Below, piece after piece: positions 1 through 10,700 of a stretch of DNA of 24,784 nt. The position numbers and the translations under genes were made by a program. The stretch lies in IMG/VR virus record IMGVR_UViG_3300020442_001531, positions 1 to 24,784 of that record; one strand, given 5' to 3'. The DNA comes from a virus. Its lineage: Duplodnaviria; Caudoviricetes. The notes beneath the pieces were generated by a model that was not told the origin of the DNA, searched no databases, and worked only from the letters and a program-made list of their open reading frames with translations. How positions within the stretch are numbered: the first letter of the stretch is position 1; the number at the start of each line of letters is the position of its first letter.

Positions 1-1620
1 AACTCTGCATCTACATCTACTCTATTCAAAAACAACAATGCAGTTGTTAAGGTAAATCATAGAGATCATGGTTTTGAGGATAGTGGTAAATCTTATGTGT
101 TCTATAGAACTGCTCTAGAGACAGGTGGCATTACTGCCTCCACTATTAATAGCAACTTGTTCCAAGTTACTAATTCTGGTGTTGACACTTATAACATTCT
201 TTCCCCATCTCAAGCTGCAGGTAACTCTCTTGGTGGCGGAACTTCTGTTTACGCAAGTCACAACAGAAAATTTGAGACTCTATATCCACAAGTCCATTAC
301 CTATCATTTACAGGCACAACATTAGATGTTTCTGTTAAGACAACAAATGTAGTTCCTGTAGATTCATCAACTACAAATTATGCTTCATATTCACAAGCAG
401 AATATGAAAGAACGTTCTTAAATGAACCACATTACTTCACAAACCAGAAGATGATTGCTTCTGAGATCAATGAGACTCTTAATAACCTTGAGAGATCTCT
501 AACTTACAAGATGAACCTATCTTCTACATCTAGTAATCTTTCTCCAATCATTGATCTTTCTAGTGCATCTGTTAAAACAGTTAGCAATAGAATGGAAAAT
601 GCTGAAGGACAAGAAAATAGATTTGGTAGAAGAGATCAAATTATTGAATTCTATCCTGTATATCAGTTTGAACTTGCTGGTAATGCTGGAACTGATCTGC
701 AAGCCAATCAAACAATTGAGGGTCAAACATCTAAGACAACAGGAACTATTGCTAGAGTCAATGGTAGCGTTGTTTATGTAAGAGTCAAGACAAGTCAATT
801 CTTCCAAAAAGGAGAACTTGTTTCTTTAGGCAATCAAACACAATTGACAAGTGTCAGTGTTGATTCTAATCCAACGCAAGTATTCACATCTATTAATGAT
901 GGTTCTACTATTGTAGCACGTAATCCATCTGTTATTCTTGAGACTTATGACAATATTATTACTGGTAAGACTGTTATCTGGAATGGTCAAACTCAAGAAT
1001 TGACTGCTAGAGTTGATATTAATCCAATCAATGATAACTACACTGATAGAATCATTGATAGTACACTATACAACAGAAACGCTGTTGTGGGTGACCAGAT
1101 TGCAGACATCTTCCGCGTAGGAGACTTTATCAAGTATCCAAATCAACCAGATGAAGAAGCAAATTACCTAGAGGTAGGTAAAGTTACATATACAAACGGT
1201 ATTGACTTTGTTGCTGAAGATACCTCTAAGAATGGTTCTGCAGTTGCTAAGTATGTAACTAAGGAAGTTGTTATCAGCAATCCAGCAACTGCAATTGATG
1301 TACATCTGATGGCAAATGTCAAAGACATTTCAAATATCCAAGTTCTTTACAAGTTTAAGAAAGCATCTAGCCAAGAAAACTTTGAGGATATTGATTGGGT
1401 ACTATTTAATGGCAATGGACAACCAGATACACTGGAGTTAGCAACTACAGAAAATACTATTTCTAGTGTTGTTGAAAAACAATCTTCATATCAAGATCTC
1501 AAGTATAGTGTATCTGATATTGATGAATATTCTTCTTTTGCTATCAAAATTGTAATGCGTGGTGTTGATCCTGCATTTGCTCCTAAGATCCAAGATATTC
1601 GCGCTGTAGCGGCATTCTAA
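1..1620 (+). CDS. Large virion structural protein, VrlC/DUF4815-like, 5'-truncated (C-terminal ~539 aa)
   Basis: Frame 1 is open from base 1 (NSASTSTLFKNNNAVVKVNHRDHGF...), so the GTG at 97 is internal. The C-terminus (AKYVTKEVV...YSSFAIKIVM...PKIQDIRAVA) resembles the large baseplate-region VrlC-like proteins of T4-like cyanophages. Its position before the fibre genes and gp13 fits. Confidence 0.7.
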   Translation, partial: NSASTSTLFKNNNAVVKVNHRDHGFEDSGKSYVFYRTALETGGITASTINSNLFQVTNSGVDTYNILSPSQAAGNSLGGGTSVYASHNRKFETLYPQVHYLSFTGTTLDVSVKTTNVVPVDSSTTNYASYSQAEYERTFLNEPHYFTNQKMIASEINETLNNLERSLTYKMNLSSTSSNLSPIIDLSSASVKTVSNRMENAEGQENRFGRRDQIIEFYPVYQFELAGNAGTDLQANQTIEGQTSKTTGTIARVNGSVVYVRVKTSQFFQKGELVSLGNQTQLTSVSVDSNPTQVFTSINDGSTIVARNPSVILETYDNIITGKTVIWNGQTQELTARVDINPINDNYTDRIIDSTLYNRNAVVGDQIADIFRVGDFIKYPNQPDEEANYLEVGKVTYTNGIDFVAEDTSKNGSAVAKYVTKEVVISNPATAIDVHLMANVKDISNIQVLYKFKKASSQENFEDIDWVLFNGNGQPDTLELATTENTISSVVEKQSSYQDLKYSVSDIDEYSSFAIKIVMRGVDPAFAPKIQDIRAVAAF

Positions 1621-1629
1621 TTTCCGCGT

Positions 1630-1836
1630 ATGGACTATATTAAAGTTGAAGGTCATGATGGTCTCGTAAGAGACCAGAACACTGGTGCTATCATCAATTT
1701 GGATGATTCTGCCATAGTTGCGAGACGCAAATCAAAACAGTTGAGTTCCGCATTGGAAGACATAAATACATTGAAGAATGAAGTCTCTGAACTCAAGTCC
1801 CTACTAAGAGAGTTAATCAAAAATGCCAGCAATTAA
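1630..1836 (+). CDS. Small conserved T4-like phage hypothetical protein (68 aa) with C-terminal coiled coil
   Basis: MDYIKVEGHDGLVRDQNTGAIIN motif followed by heptads (LEDINTLKNEVSELKSLLREL). Starts 9 nt after the upstream stop and overlaps the next gene by 14 nt. Confidence 0.8.
   Translation: MDYIKVEGHDGLVRDQNTGAIINLDDSAIVARRKSKQLSSALEDINTLKNEVSELKSLLRELIKNASN
1762..1768 (+). promoter_or_regulatory. Putative T4-type late (gp55) promoter ATAAATA
   Basis: 7/8 match to TATAAATA, ~55 nt upstream of the ATG at 1823, inside the small ORF. Confidence 0.45.
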
Positions 1837-4800
1837 TGTAGCAAGAAGCGATACCTTTGAACAGCAGAGGTTGAAAATTAATGAAATTGGTGCCAATCTT
1901 TTCCAGATTAGTTCTGGTGGGACAGATTTATCTACTGGTAACCTTAGGTTGGGTGATGGAACAAAAAATGCTCCGTCACTAGCTTTTACATCTGATGCAA
2001 CTCTTGGTATTTTTAAAGCTGGTCTTGGTACATTCGGATTTGTTTCTGCTAGCAAAAAAATCTTTGATGCATCATTATCAAATATTGTATCATTCAAAGA
2101 CTTTATTGTAAGAAAACAATCTTTGAATCAAGGTGGTTTAAGTATCACCAGTAATGGTAGTGGATATGACGGTGGTCAATATAGTGATATTCCTCTAATT
2201 GGTGGTAGTGGTGATAGTGCAACTGTCACTGTTGATGTTGCAGGATTCCAAGGTACTGTGTTGAATACAGGAACCAGATATGTTCCTGGAAACTATGCAA
2301 GTATTCTTCTAGTTGGTGGTACTGGTACTGGAGCTCAGGCAACGTTTATTGTTGATCCTCTAAATGGTGACATTACAGATGCTGGTAGTGCATATGTTCC
2401 TGGCAGTTATGTTGATGTACCACTGCAGGGAGGTAGTGGTTCTGGAGCAAAAGCAACATTCAATATTACTGGTACTGCAACAATTTCTGGTAATATTACA
2501 AATGGTGGTAGTGGCGGAACAGATAATTCATATCCATTTGTACAATTACATAACACACCTGTACAGACGTTTGTTGTCACATCAATTGCAAACCCAAATG
2601 CTGGACAACCAGGAGAACCAAACGCAATTTATGTAATTGATGGTGTTACACAACCAACACTAAACGTTGTCCCAGGAAACACGTATGTGTTTGATATGTC
2701 GGACTCTTCTCTACAGGGTTCTAACCCAGGAGATCCTACAAGCGAGCATAGAATTGGTTTCCAAGCAGCAGATGGTGGCGCATTAAGTTCTCAACTATAT
2801 GTGTTCAATACAAGAGGAAATGCTGGTCAAGCAGGATCTTTCGCTGATTTAATTATCAAACCAGAAGCACCTACTGGTGTTCAAATTAGATATGACTGTG
2901 CTAACCACCCAAACATGGGTCCTGCTGGTGGTAACATCAACGTCAATGCTGGTGCTCAAGGAAACTTTGGTACTAGTGCATATGCAGACTTAACAATCTC
3001 TGGTGGTGCTATTACTTCACTAACTTTTGTTGATGAAGGGACAGGATATAGAGCAGGAGATACACTTTACGTCAAATCATCTGATGTTGGTGGTAATAGT
3101 GGATTTTTATATACTATCAATAATGTAGTATTCACAGGTACAGTAAACAGTGTTGATGTTACAGTACAAGGTATTGACTACAACTTGAATGATGTACTTA
3201 CTATCAATGATAGTGATGTTGGTGGCGGTGGTGGTAGTGGATTCCAGTTTACTGTAAATACAGATCCTGGTCGTGTATCTGATCTAACATTTGATGCTTA
3301 TGGTACTGGATATGTTGCTACCGATGTACTAGAGCTGCCAAAAGCAGTTACAAATATTTCATCTTATGCTCCTGGTCAAACAGCAACACAAGCATCTACT
3401 GCAACTGCTGGAAATCCTGTCTTAATTATTGCAGATACTTCTGATTTAGAAGTTGGAATGTATTGCTTCACCAGTGGAGGTGATGTAGGTGCTCTGGATA
3501 ATACTGCGGTAATTCAAAGTATTGATAGTGGAACACAAATTACAATGAACACTGGAGCAACAGTTTCTGGTGCTATCAATGTATACTTTGTATCTCAAGA
3601 TCTTAATAACATCACTGTTGCAAGTACAGCAGGAATTGCTATTGGAGATACCATTGAAAAAGTTTCTGGTACTGGTGTACTTGCAGATAATACAACTGTT
3701 GGTGACGTTCTTGACGCTACTACAATTCAATTATCCTCGCAACCAATATCTCCTGGTCCTATCGTAGTAAATTTTGTTCCACCTTTTGGTGATCCAATTA
3801 CGGATTTCCAATATCGTGTTGATACACTTGGTGTTGTTGAAAGCGTAACTCTTGCTGATGGTGGAAATGGTTATGCAGTAGATGATATTCTTTCCATTCA
3901 GGCAGAACTTTTAACTCAACCAAATATCTTTACAGTTCTTTCCAGAGCTGTACAGGAGATTACATTTACGCAAACTATTGCGGATTCAGTTTTAGGAATT
4001 GGAGATTCAATTAAAGTTAGAGACGGTGCTGTAAGTAATGTTAGCACAGTAACTGCTCCAACTATCACGCCTACAATCACTGGACCTCTTTCTGGTACTA
4101 CTACCTCAGGCAATACCACTATTACTGGTCTCTCTAGTACAACAGGAATTAGTGTTGGCGATTTTGTTCAGGAAGTATCTACTAGTGGAAATATTGATCC
4201 TCTAGCAAAAATTGCATCTATTACAAATAGCACAACTGTTGTAATGGATCTACCTGCTTTAGCAAGTAACACTATTGATTTAAACTTTACCAGTGATGAA
4301 GCAGGAACTTATACAGGAGTAGCAGTTACTGGCGGAACTGGTACTGGACTAACGTTAGATATTGAAAGAAGTAGTCAGGGTGATATTCTCACAATTCAAG
4401 TAAATAATCCTGGTGGAGAATATACACAAAGTGATGCAATTACTGTTGCTGGTACTTTAATTGGTGGTAGTTCTCCAACACATGACCTCTCTTTAACTGC
4501 AGACTCTGTAAGCTTTTCCAACGATTTAGAAATTGTTGAGAGAATTACTGCGGGTGGTAATATTTCTAGTGTTACCGTATTGACTGGTGGTGCAACTGTT
4601 GCAGATGGCGACAGCATGGTCAAAGTTGGAACAACAACTCCAATTTACACAGTAGACGTTGCTGGATCATCAGACTCTAGATTCTATATTGATCTTGCAG
4701 ATGGTAACGGATCTCAAAAGACTCCAAACATTACGATGTATGTTGGATCTACATACAGGTTTGATCTATCTGATGCATCTAATAGTGCTCACCAGTTCTC

Positions 4801-7204
4801 ATTAAGTACATTCCCAGATGGTATCAATCCACCAAGTCTTTTAGAAAATATTTCTTCTACTCTTGATGTAAACTCTAAAGTTATTACAGTTGCAGATACA
4901 ACAGGAATTGTTGTTGGCATGGTTGTAACTGCTACAGCAGGAGTTGGACAGGTTGCATCAAATACTTTAGTTGAGTCTGTTGATAGTTTAACACAGATTA
5001 CACTAACAGAACTACCAGATGTTTCTGGTGCTGTTACATTACAATTTGCTGGTTTAGAATATACTGACGGTGTTACTAAAGATCAAGGTGTTTTAGATAT
5101 CTTAGTTACATCAAATACGCCAAGTCTTTACTACTATTGTGGTATTGGTGGAATTGGTCATCAGAATGAAGGTGGACCAGATGGTGCTGAAGCTGTAATC
5201 ACCATGGATCCAAATAACCCTAAAGTATTTGGATCTGGATTTGAAATTAGAGTTTCTGATATTACATCAACCGACCAAGCAACATTTAATGTTGCTGATG
5301 GAGAAGTTTCTGCTCAAGTTTTCAATGCAACTTCAGCAAGTATTACTTCTATCACTGCTACTTCACTAACTTTAAGTACAATTCTTGCTTCAAGCAGCAT
5401 TGAAGTACCACAAGTTATATCACAGTCTGGACTAACACTACAAGGCACTAGTATTAACTTGAATAGTGATACTACATGTGGTCCTCTTAGCATTACAAAC
5501 GCAACTGGTGCTTTGGCAACATCAGGTGAAATTAAAACGTTTGGTCAACTGAATATTAATGATACTCTATTCATTAACAATAATACTGTCACATCACAAG
5601 CAAATACTTCAATTGTATTCCAACCAGCAGTAAACCAAGTTGTAACTATTGATTCAACAACGGCAATTGCTGTTCCTGTTGGTGATACTGCACAAAGACC
5701 ACTCACCGCTGTTAGTGGTCAAATTAGATTTAATACAGATTCTAATCAATACGAAGGTTACAGTTCTACTGCTAGTGCATGGTCTTCTCTTGGTGGTGTC
5801 CGAGATCTAGATGGAAACACATATATCTTAGCAGAGCAAACTATTGGTGCTAATGATAATACCCTCTGGTTTATCAATGACAATATCAATACTGTTAAGT
5901 TTACTCCAACTAGATTAGAATTCAGATCAAACAAATATATTTCTTCTAGTAATACTAGCGCACCAGCATATCTTGACTGGACTGCTAATGCGCCAGTTTC
6001 TGTTGGTGATTATTTAAAATACAAAAATAATCTTTATGAAGTAACAACTGCAGGTACTACAGGTACATCTGGTAGTGAACCATCACATACTTCTGGAGCA
6101 CAACCAAATGGTTCTGCAGTTCTCACTTTCTGGGGTCTTGGTGTTGCACCTCTAACTTTTGAAGACATTGAAGAAATTAGAATTGGACCTACACAAGACA
6201 CTCCTGTTAGCATCAATCAAGATCTAAGACTTGCAAACAATACAATTTCTACAGATATTTCAGATTTAATTCTGCAACCAAATGCTGGACAAAAAATTGT
6301 TTGTAACGCTGACTCTACTTTTGTTGTTCCAGTTGGTACAGATTTAACAAGAGGAGCACCACAAGCTGGTTCTATTAGATTCAACACAACCTCTAGTCAG
6401 TTTGAAGGTTACGATGATAACAATAACTGGGGATCTCTTGGTGGTGTTAAAGACGTTGATCAGAACACTTACATTATTCCAGAAACTACTCCTGGCGCTA
6501 ATGAGAATATTTTATACTTCTACAATGATGGAACTAATACTGTACAGTTGACTGCAACTGCTATGGATTTCTTCTCTGTAGATACTATCAGATCTCAGAC
6601 AAGCGGTGAGTTTGAAATTACTGCAAACTTGATGACATTTAATGGTGCAGAAACAACACTTGACAATACTGATACAACCAAAACATTCTTACATACAAGT
6701 AAGCAATACTTTGATCTTGGTCTTTCCGCTGGTGTTACTGTTGACCCTGTATTAAGACTTGATGATCAGGGTGATGTATATTTCAATACTGGTTTTGGAA
6801 CAGGTACATTTACTGGAGTTAAAGTTTTTGATGGCGATCTAAAAGAGTTTGAACTAGCTGACGTTAGAATTTTAACAGAGAAAGTTACCTTAACAAAAGG
6901 AACTGTAAATAATGGAGGTTCTAATATTTACGATGTTGGAACAAATAACGGAGCGAAGACAGTTGTTGTCGCAGAAGATAGTGTAACTGGTTCTAGAGAA
7001 TTCTTTGAGTTTGGAATCATAGATAATAATGTAGATGTCTTCCATACCGAGTATGGAAATATCAGAACAGGTGATCAACTTATTGATGTTTCTTTTGAAC
7101 TTACTGGAACCAATTTTGTCAGATTAAACTTTACAATCGGAAGCACAGTTCCAATTGGTAATAATGTGGTCGTAACTATCGTATCTAACGTCACTAAGGG
7201 ATAA
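1823..7204 (+). CDS. Large virion structural/fibre protein (1793 aa)
   Basis: N-terminal DTFEQQRLKIN motif typical of T4-like fibre/baseplate attachment segments. Gly/Thr/Ser-rich GSGY/GGSG repeats, two cupredoxin-like segments, four ~65-aa beta repeats, a duplicated IRFNT..Q(F/Y)EGY module and a CBM5/12-like segment. Confidence 0.8.
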   Translation: MPAINVARSDTFEQQRLKINEIGANLFQISSGGTDLSTGNLRLGDGTKNAPSLAFTSDATLGIFKAGLGTFGFVSASKKIFDASLSNIVSFKDFIVRKQSLNQGGLSITSNGSGYDGGQYSDIPLIGGSGDSATVTVDVAGFQGTVLNTGTRYVPGNYASILLVGGTGTGAQATFIVDPLNGDITDAGSAYVPGSYVDVPLQGGSGSGAKATFNITGTATISGNITNGGSGGTDNSYPFVQLHNTPVQTFVVTSIANPNAGQPGEPNAIYVIDGVTQPTLNVVPGNTYVFDMSDSSLQGSNPGDPTSEHRIGFQAADGGALSSQLYVFNTRGNAGQAGSFADLIIKPEAPTGVQIRYDCANHPNMGPAGGNINVNAGAQGNFGTSAYADLTISGGAITSLTFVDEGTGYRAGDTLYVKSSDVGGNSGFLYTINNVVFTGTVNSVDVTVQGIDYNLNDVLTINDSDVGGGGGSGFQFTVNTDPGRVSDLTFDAYGTGYVATDVLELPKAVTNISSYAPGQTATQASTATAGNPVLIIADTSDLEVGMYCFTSGGDVGALDNTAVIQSIDSGTQITMNTGATVSGAINVYFVSQDLNNITVASTAGIAIGDTIEKVSGTGVLADNTTVGDVLDATTIQLSSQPISPGPIVVNFVPPFGDPITDFQYRVDTLGVVESVTLADGGNGYAVDDILSIQAELLTQPNIFTVLSRAVQEITFTQTIADSVLGIGDSIKVRDGAVSNVSTVTAPTITPTITGPLSGTTTSGNTTITGLSSTTGISVGDFVQEVSTSGNIDPLAKIASITNSTTVVMDLPALASNTIDLNFTSDEAGTYTGVAVTGGTGTGLTLDIERSSQGDILTIQVNNPGGEYTQSDAITVAGTLIGGSSPTHDLSLTADSVSFSNDLEIVERITAGGNISSVTVLTGGATVADGDSMVKVGTTTPIYTVDVAGSSDSRFYIDLADGNGSQKTPNITMYVGSTYRFDLSDASNSAHQFSLSTFPDGINPPSLLENISSTLDVNSKVITVADTTGIVVGMVVTATAGVGQVASNTLVESVDSLTQITLTELPDVSGAVTLQFAGLEYTDGVTKDQGVLDILVTSNTPSLYYYCGIGGIGHQNEGGPDGAEAVITMDPNNPKVFGSGFEIRVSDITSTDQATFNVADGEVSAQVFNATSASITSITATSLTLSTILASSSIEVPQVISQSGLTLQGTSINLNSDTTCGPLSITNATGALATSGEIKTFGQLNINDTLFINNNTVTSQANTSIVFQPAVNQVVTIDSTTAIAVPVGDTAQRPLTAVSGQIRFNTDSNQYEGYSSTASAWSSLGGVRDLDGNTYILAEQTIGANDNTLWFINDNINTVKFTPTRLEFRSNKYISSSNTSAPAYLDWTANAPVSVGDYLKYKNNLYEVTTAGTTGTSGSEPSHTSGAQPNGSAVLTFWGLGVAPLTFEDIEEIRIGPTQDTPVSINQDLRLANNTISTDISDLILQPNAGQKIVCNADSTFVVPVGTDLTRGAPQAGSIRFNTTSSQFEGYDDNNNWGSLGGVKDVDQNTYIIPETTPGANENILYFYNDGTNTVQLTATAMDFFSVDTIRSQTSGEFEITANLMTFNGAETTLDNTDTTKTFLHTSKQYFDLGLSAGVTVDPVLRLDDQGDVYFNTGFGTGTFTGVKVFDGDLKEFELADVRILTEKVTLTKGTVNNGGSNIYDVGTNNGAKTVVVAEDSVTGSREFFEFGIIDNNVDVFHTEYGNIRTGDQLIDVSFELTGTNFVRLNFTIGSTVPIGNNVVVTIVSNVTKG
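5570..6570 (+). repeat. Protein-level duplicated module flanking a CBM-like segment
   Basis: PVGDTAQRP..SGQIRFNTDSNQYEGY..AWSSLGGVRDLDGNTYI..GANDNTLWF versus PVGTDLTRG..AGSIRFNTTSSQFEGY..NWGSLGGVKDVDQNTYI..GANENILYF. Boundaries approximate. Confidence 0.8.
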
Positions 7205-7209
7205 CAAAC

Positions 7210-7710
7210 ATGGCAACAACTTTAGAAAAATTTGATTCTGCAGGTGGTTTTTCTGTAGAAAAAACAACAGTTATTGATGAATTGCGTAATGCAAAGGATA
7301 TCAATACTTTAGAAATTAAAAACAGTAATTTTACTGATAGTTCAGCATCGTCTTACATTCTTAGAGGTTTAAATACATCAACTCTAGATCTAGATGGTAC
7401 AGGTGGTCAAATTCCTATTGCTAATAGCACTATGAGTTTTATCACTGGAAATATTATTGGAGTCAATTCAGTTGGAACTGTTTATGCAGTAAAATTTGAA
7501 ACTGCATTGTACTGTGATGGTGCAGGTAATACAAATGTACTATCAAGTTTTCAAACTGTAATCAAGGATGACATTCCACAGGGTGAGACCTGGGATGTTC
7601 AACCACTTGGTGCTTTGAATCGTTTTAGTTATGATACAACCAGAGCAGGTACAACGTCAACTATTAAGTGGGTAGCATTTACTGAAGTTATAAGCATTGA
7701 CTGGACTTGA
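7210..7710 (+). CDS. Hypothetical virion-associated protein (166 aa, beta-rich)
   Basis: ATG 5 nt after the upstream stop; codon usage matches neighbours; lies between two fibre genes. Confidence 0.75.
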   Translation: MATTLEKFDSAGGFSVEKTTVIDELRNAKDINTLEIKNSNFTDSSASSYILRGLNTSTLDLDGTGGQIPIANSTMSFITGNIIGVNSVGTVYAVKFETALYCDGAGNTNVLSSFQTVIKDDIPQGETWDVQPLGALNRFSYDTTRAGTTSTIKWVAFTEVISIDWT

Positions 7711-7712
7711 TG

Positions 7713-7719
7713 CTAAATA
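7713..7719 (+). promoter_or_regulatory. Putative late promoter CTAAATA
   Basis: Intergenic, 35 nt upstream of the ATG at 7755; contains the TAAATA core. Confidence 0.6.
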
Positions 7720-7754
7720 TGTAATAGGAAAAAAGTCAAGGGCACGGGAACACC

Positions 7755-10700
7755 ATGAGTTTTCATATTAATTCCGATAAAGAGAAAATTAGGGGCGTTA
7801 ACCCTAAACTCATCGGTGATAATGAAGCATCTATCAGAATTGGTACAGGAGCGGATGAACGTGAAGTTCTCCGTACTGAATTAGATAGTGCAACTCAATT
7901 ACCCAGAGTTGGTATTAACCGAACGGGGCAAAGAGTTAACAACATTGAACTTGACACAGCAGGTTCTGGATTTACTGTAAACCCTGATGTTACTATTGGA
8001 CCACCTAATGACCCTAATGGTGTCCAAGCTTTAGCGTCTGCCTTTACTTTTAATGGAAAAGTAACGTCTATTGCTGTTAACAATCCTGGTAGTGGATATA
8101 CAACTGCTCCAATTGTTACTATTTCTGGTGGCGGTGGTGCAGGTGCTACAGCAACAGCATTCCTTGACTCTGTTGACTTTGAACTTGACATTAATGGTGC
8201 TATTAGAACATCCACGTCTATCATTTCTGATACGGCGAGAATTCTAAACCTGGATATTGACAACTTTGTTACTCCAGATGCTAACTTCAGAGCACCAAAC
8301 TTAAAAACTTACGCAAATAATACAGGAACCCTATGGTCTCCTGGTGTTATTGTACAGAAAGATTCATATAGGTACTTCGGTGCCAATATGTATCAGGCAA
8401 TGAACACTGGTCAAACTGGTGGTACTGATGAGGCACCAGAACATCTAGATGGTATTGTACTATCTGGAGAAGTTCAGTTTAAGCATATTGGTTTCCGCGT
8501 AAACGATCCATCAGAATTCAGATATAACGACACTGGAGAAGCTGGTGTATTTCCTCGTTCTATCACACCTCTACTAGGTGATAGATCAGACAAAGTTGCA
8601 ACTACAGAATACGTTCTCAACCTAGCAACGAATGACGTTGGTGGTCGTATCTATGTTTCTCAGCAAATTGGTTCTGACCTAAACGACGGTCGTTCTGCTG
8701 TAAACCCTGTTCGTACTATTAAGAAAGCGGCACAGTTGGCATGGGCAACTGTTGGTGTTAAAGAAACTATTATTTGTTCTGGTGGTGATTATGTAGAAGA
8801 TAACCCAATCTCCCTACCACCTGATGCATCTGTTGTTGGTGATAACCTTCGTCTTGTAATCATCAGACCTGCCAATCCTGGCAAACACATCTTTAAATTT
8901 GGTGACAAGAACTACGTCACTGGTGTGACATATCGTGACCAAATTGATTCCAATGGTGACCCAGTTGCTACTTGGGACTTTGCTATGGTCTTTGACGACA
9001 AGCAAAGAATTATTATTGACCAAGAAGCTAATGGAGATTTTGGTACTTCATTCCCAATCGGTCATCAAATTTTCGGACCACAAAAATTTAGTGTCAATTT
9101 CCAGAACAATACAGGTCTTTCTACATTAGTAAGTGGTCTTATTGTAAAGGGTGTTAACACTGGTTCTAGAGCAAAGATTACCAGAGTAACTTTTGACGAT
9201 CTTACAGGACCTAGTGCATATGTAAATGGTAAAATTGAAGTTGATCTAGAGAGTGGTTCTTTTGTTGAGGGTGAAAGATTTGATTATATTACAAGTGCTT
9301 CACCAGGATCTGCATATACACAAACAATTACAGAACAAAGTGGTCCAAATGTTCTAACATTTACCACAGATCCAACAGTTGATATTCCACCAGGAACTGT
9401 TGTACAACTACAAGCAACTCCTTCTTCTGGTCTTCCTTTCACTGGATTCTATGAGATTGCTTCTATTGATGCTACACAATCTGCTAACAACATCTGGAAG
9501 GTAACATTCTTCCCAATTTTAGGAGCATCTACTTGGAACGGTGACGGTGTTGGTGGCGGTTATGTACTAAATCAAGCTACTGCTGTTACTGAATCTTTTG
9601 ATACTACTAAAATTGAATCCATCCGTGCTGAGGGTGAGGTTGTATCAGTAGATGAAGAGTATACCACAACTCTACCTATTGCTAGACTTGACTTTTCTCT
9701 ACAGGGAGATCCAAGTATTGCAACTGGTGGTTTCCAATCTGAACAGTTTGGTAATGCAGAAGATCTTGGTGGTATTGTATTTTACACTAACGCACTAGTT
9801 GGTAGAACTAATACACACGAATTTAAAGAAGGTCAAGAAATTTTAATTGAAGGTCTACCAACAGGTGGTCCTGATTTATCTGTTCTTAACGGTAAGCAAA
9901 GAATTTACAAAGTTCTAGAGGATGCTGATGGTCGTGCAAGACGATTTGTTATTCCTAAAAAGATGCCTGGCATCACAGATGCTAATTTTGACCCAGGTCA
10001 ATTTGCGGTTGCAAAGAATTTTAGTAAAGTTGTTACTTTATCCTTACTCAACTCTCCAAACAAATTCCCACTCTCTACACCCGTAGAAAGAAGATTCCAA
10101 GATGCTTGCGTATTTTTACGCAACAACAGAGAGTTTATTGCTGACGAAGTTGTAGGAATTATCAATGATCAATTCAAGACAGATCATTATTCCGCATACA
10201 ATATTTCTGGAAACTCTTTTGATATTTTCCTAGGTAATACAGAAGACGAGCATACTTATGTTTCTGGTGGTACTGTACAACTAGGTAGTGGTGGTACGAT
10301 CTATAACATCACTAACTTTGTTTATGACAATACTATTACTGGTGTTGCTACTATCACAACGAGCCTTCCAGTAGCAAATATTCAAGAAGATAGTATTGTT
10401 AAACTTGCAGATATTCTATTAAGTTGTGATGCTGGACAGAAAGTATATCCTGCATATAGTTCTCCAACAAATACAAACTCAGGAAGTAATGGTGATGAGC
10501 AATGTCGTCAAGACGTTATTCACTTCGTTAATGCACTGGTAAGAGACCTTGAGTTTGGATCAAACCACAACGTCATTGAAGCAGCAGAGAAATATATCAT
10601 TGGTGGTGATATTGCATACATCAAAGACGAAATTATTCAAAACGTTCGTGCAATTGAGTATGCTAGAGAGCTCTGCATTTTCGCAATGCGAAATTGGAGA

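Noticed and set aside
97-99. GTG start for the first ORF
   Set aside because: The frame is open from base 1, so the gene begins upstream of the window.
1607-1630. GCGG...CCGC inverted repeat at the end of the first gene
   Set aside because: The stem is only about 4-6 bp with a long loop and no downstream T-tract; too weak for a terminator.
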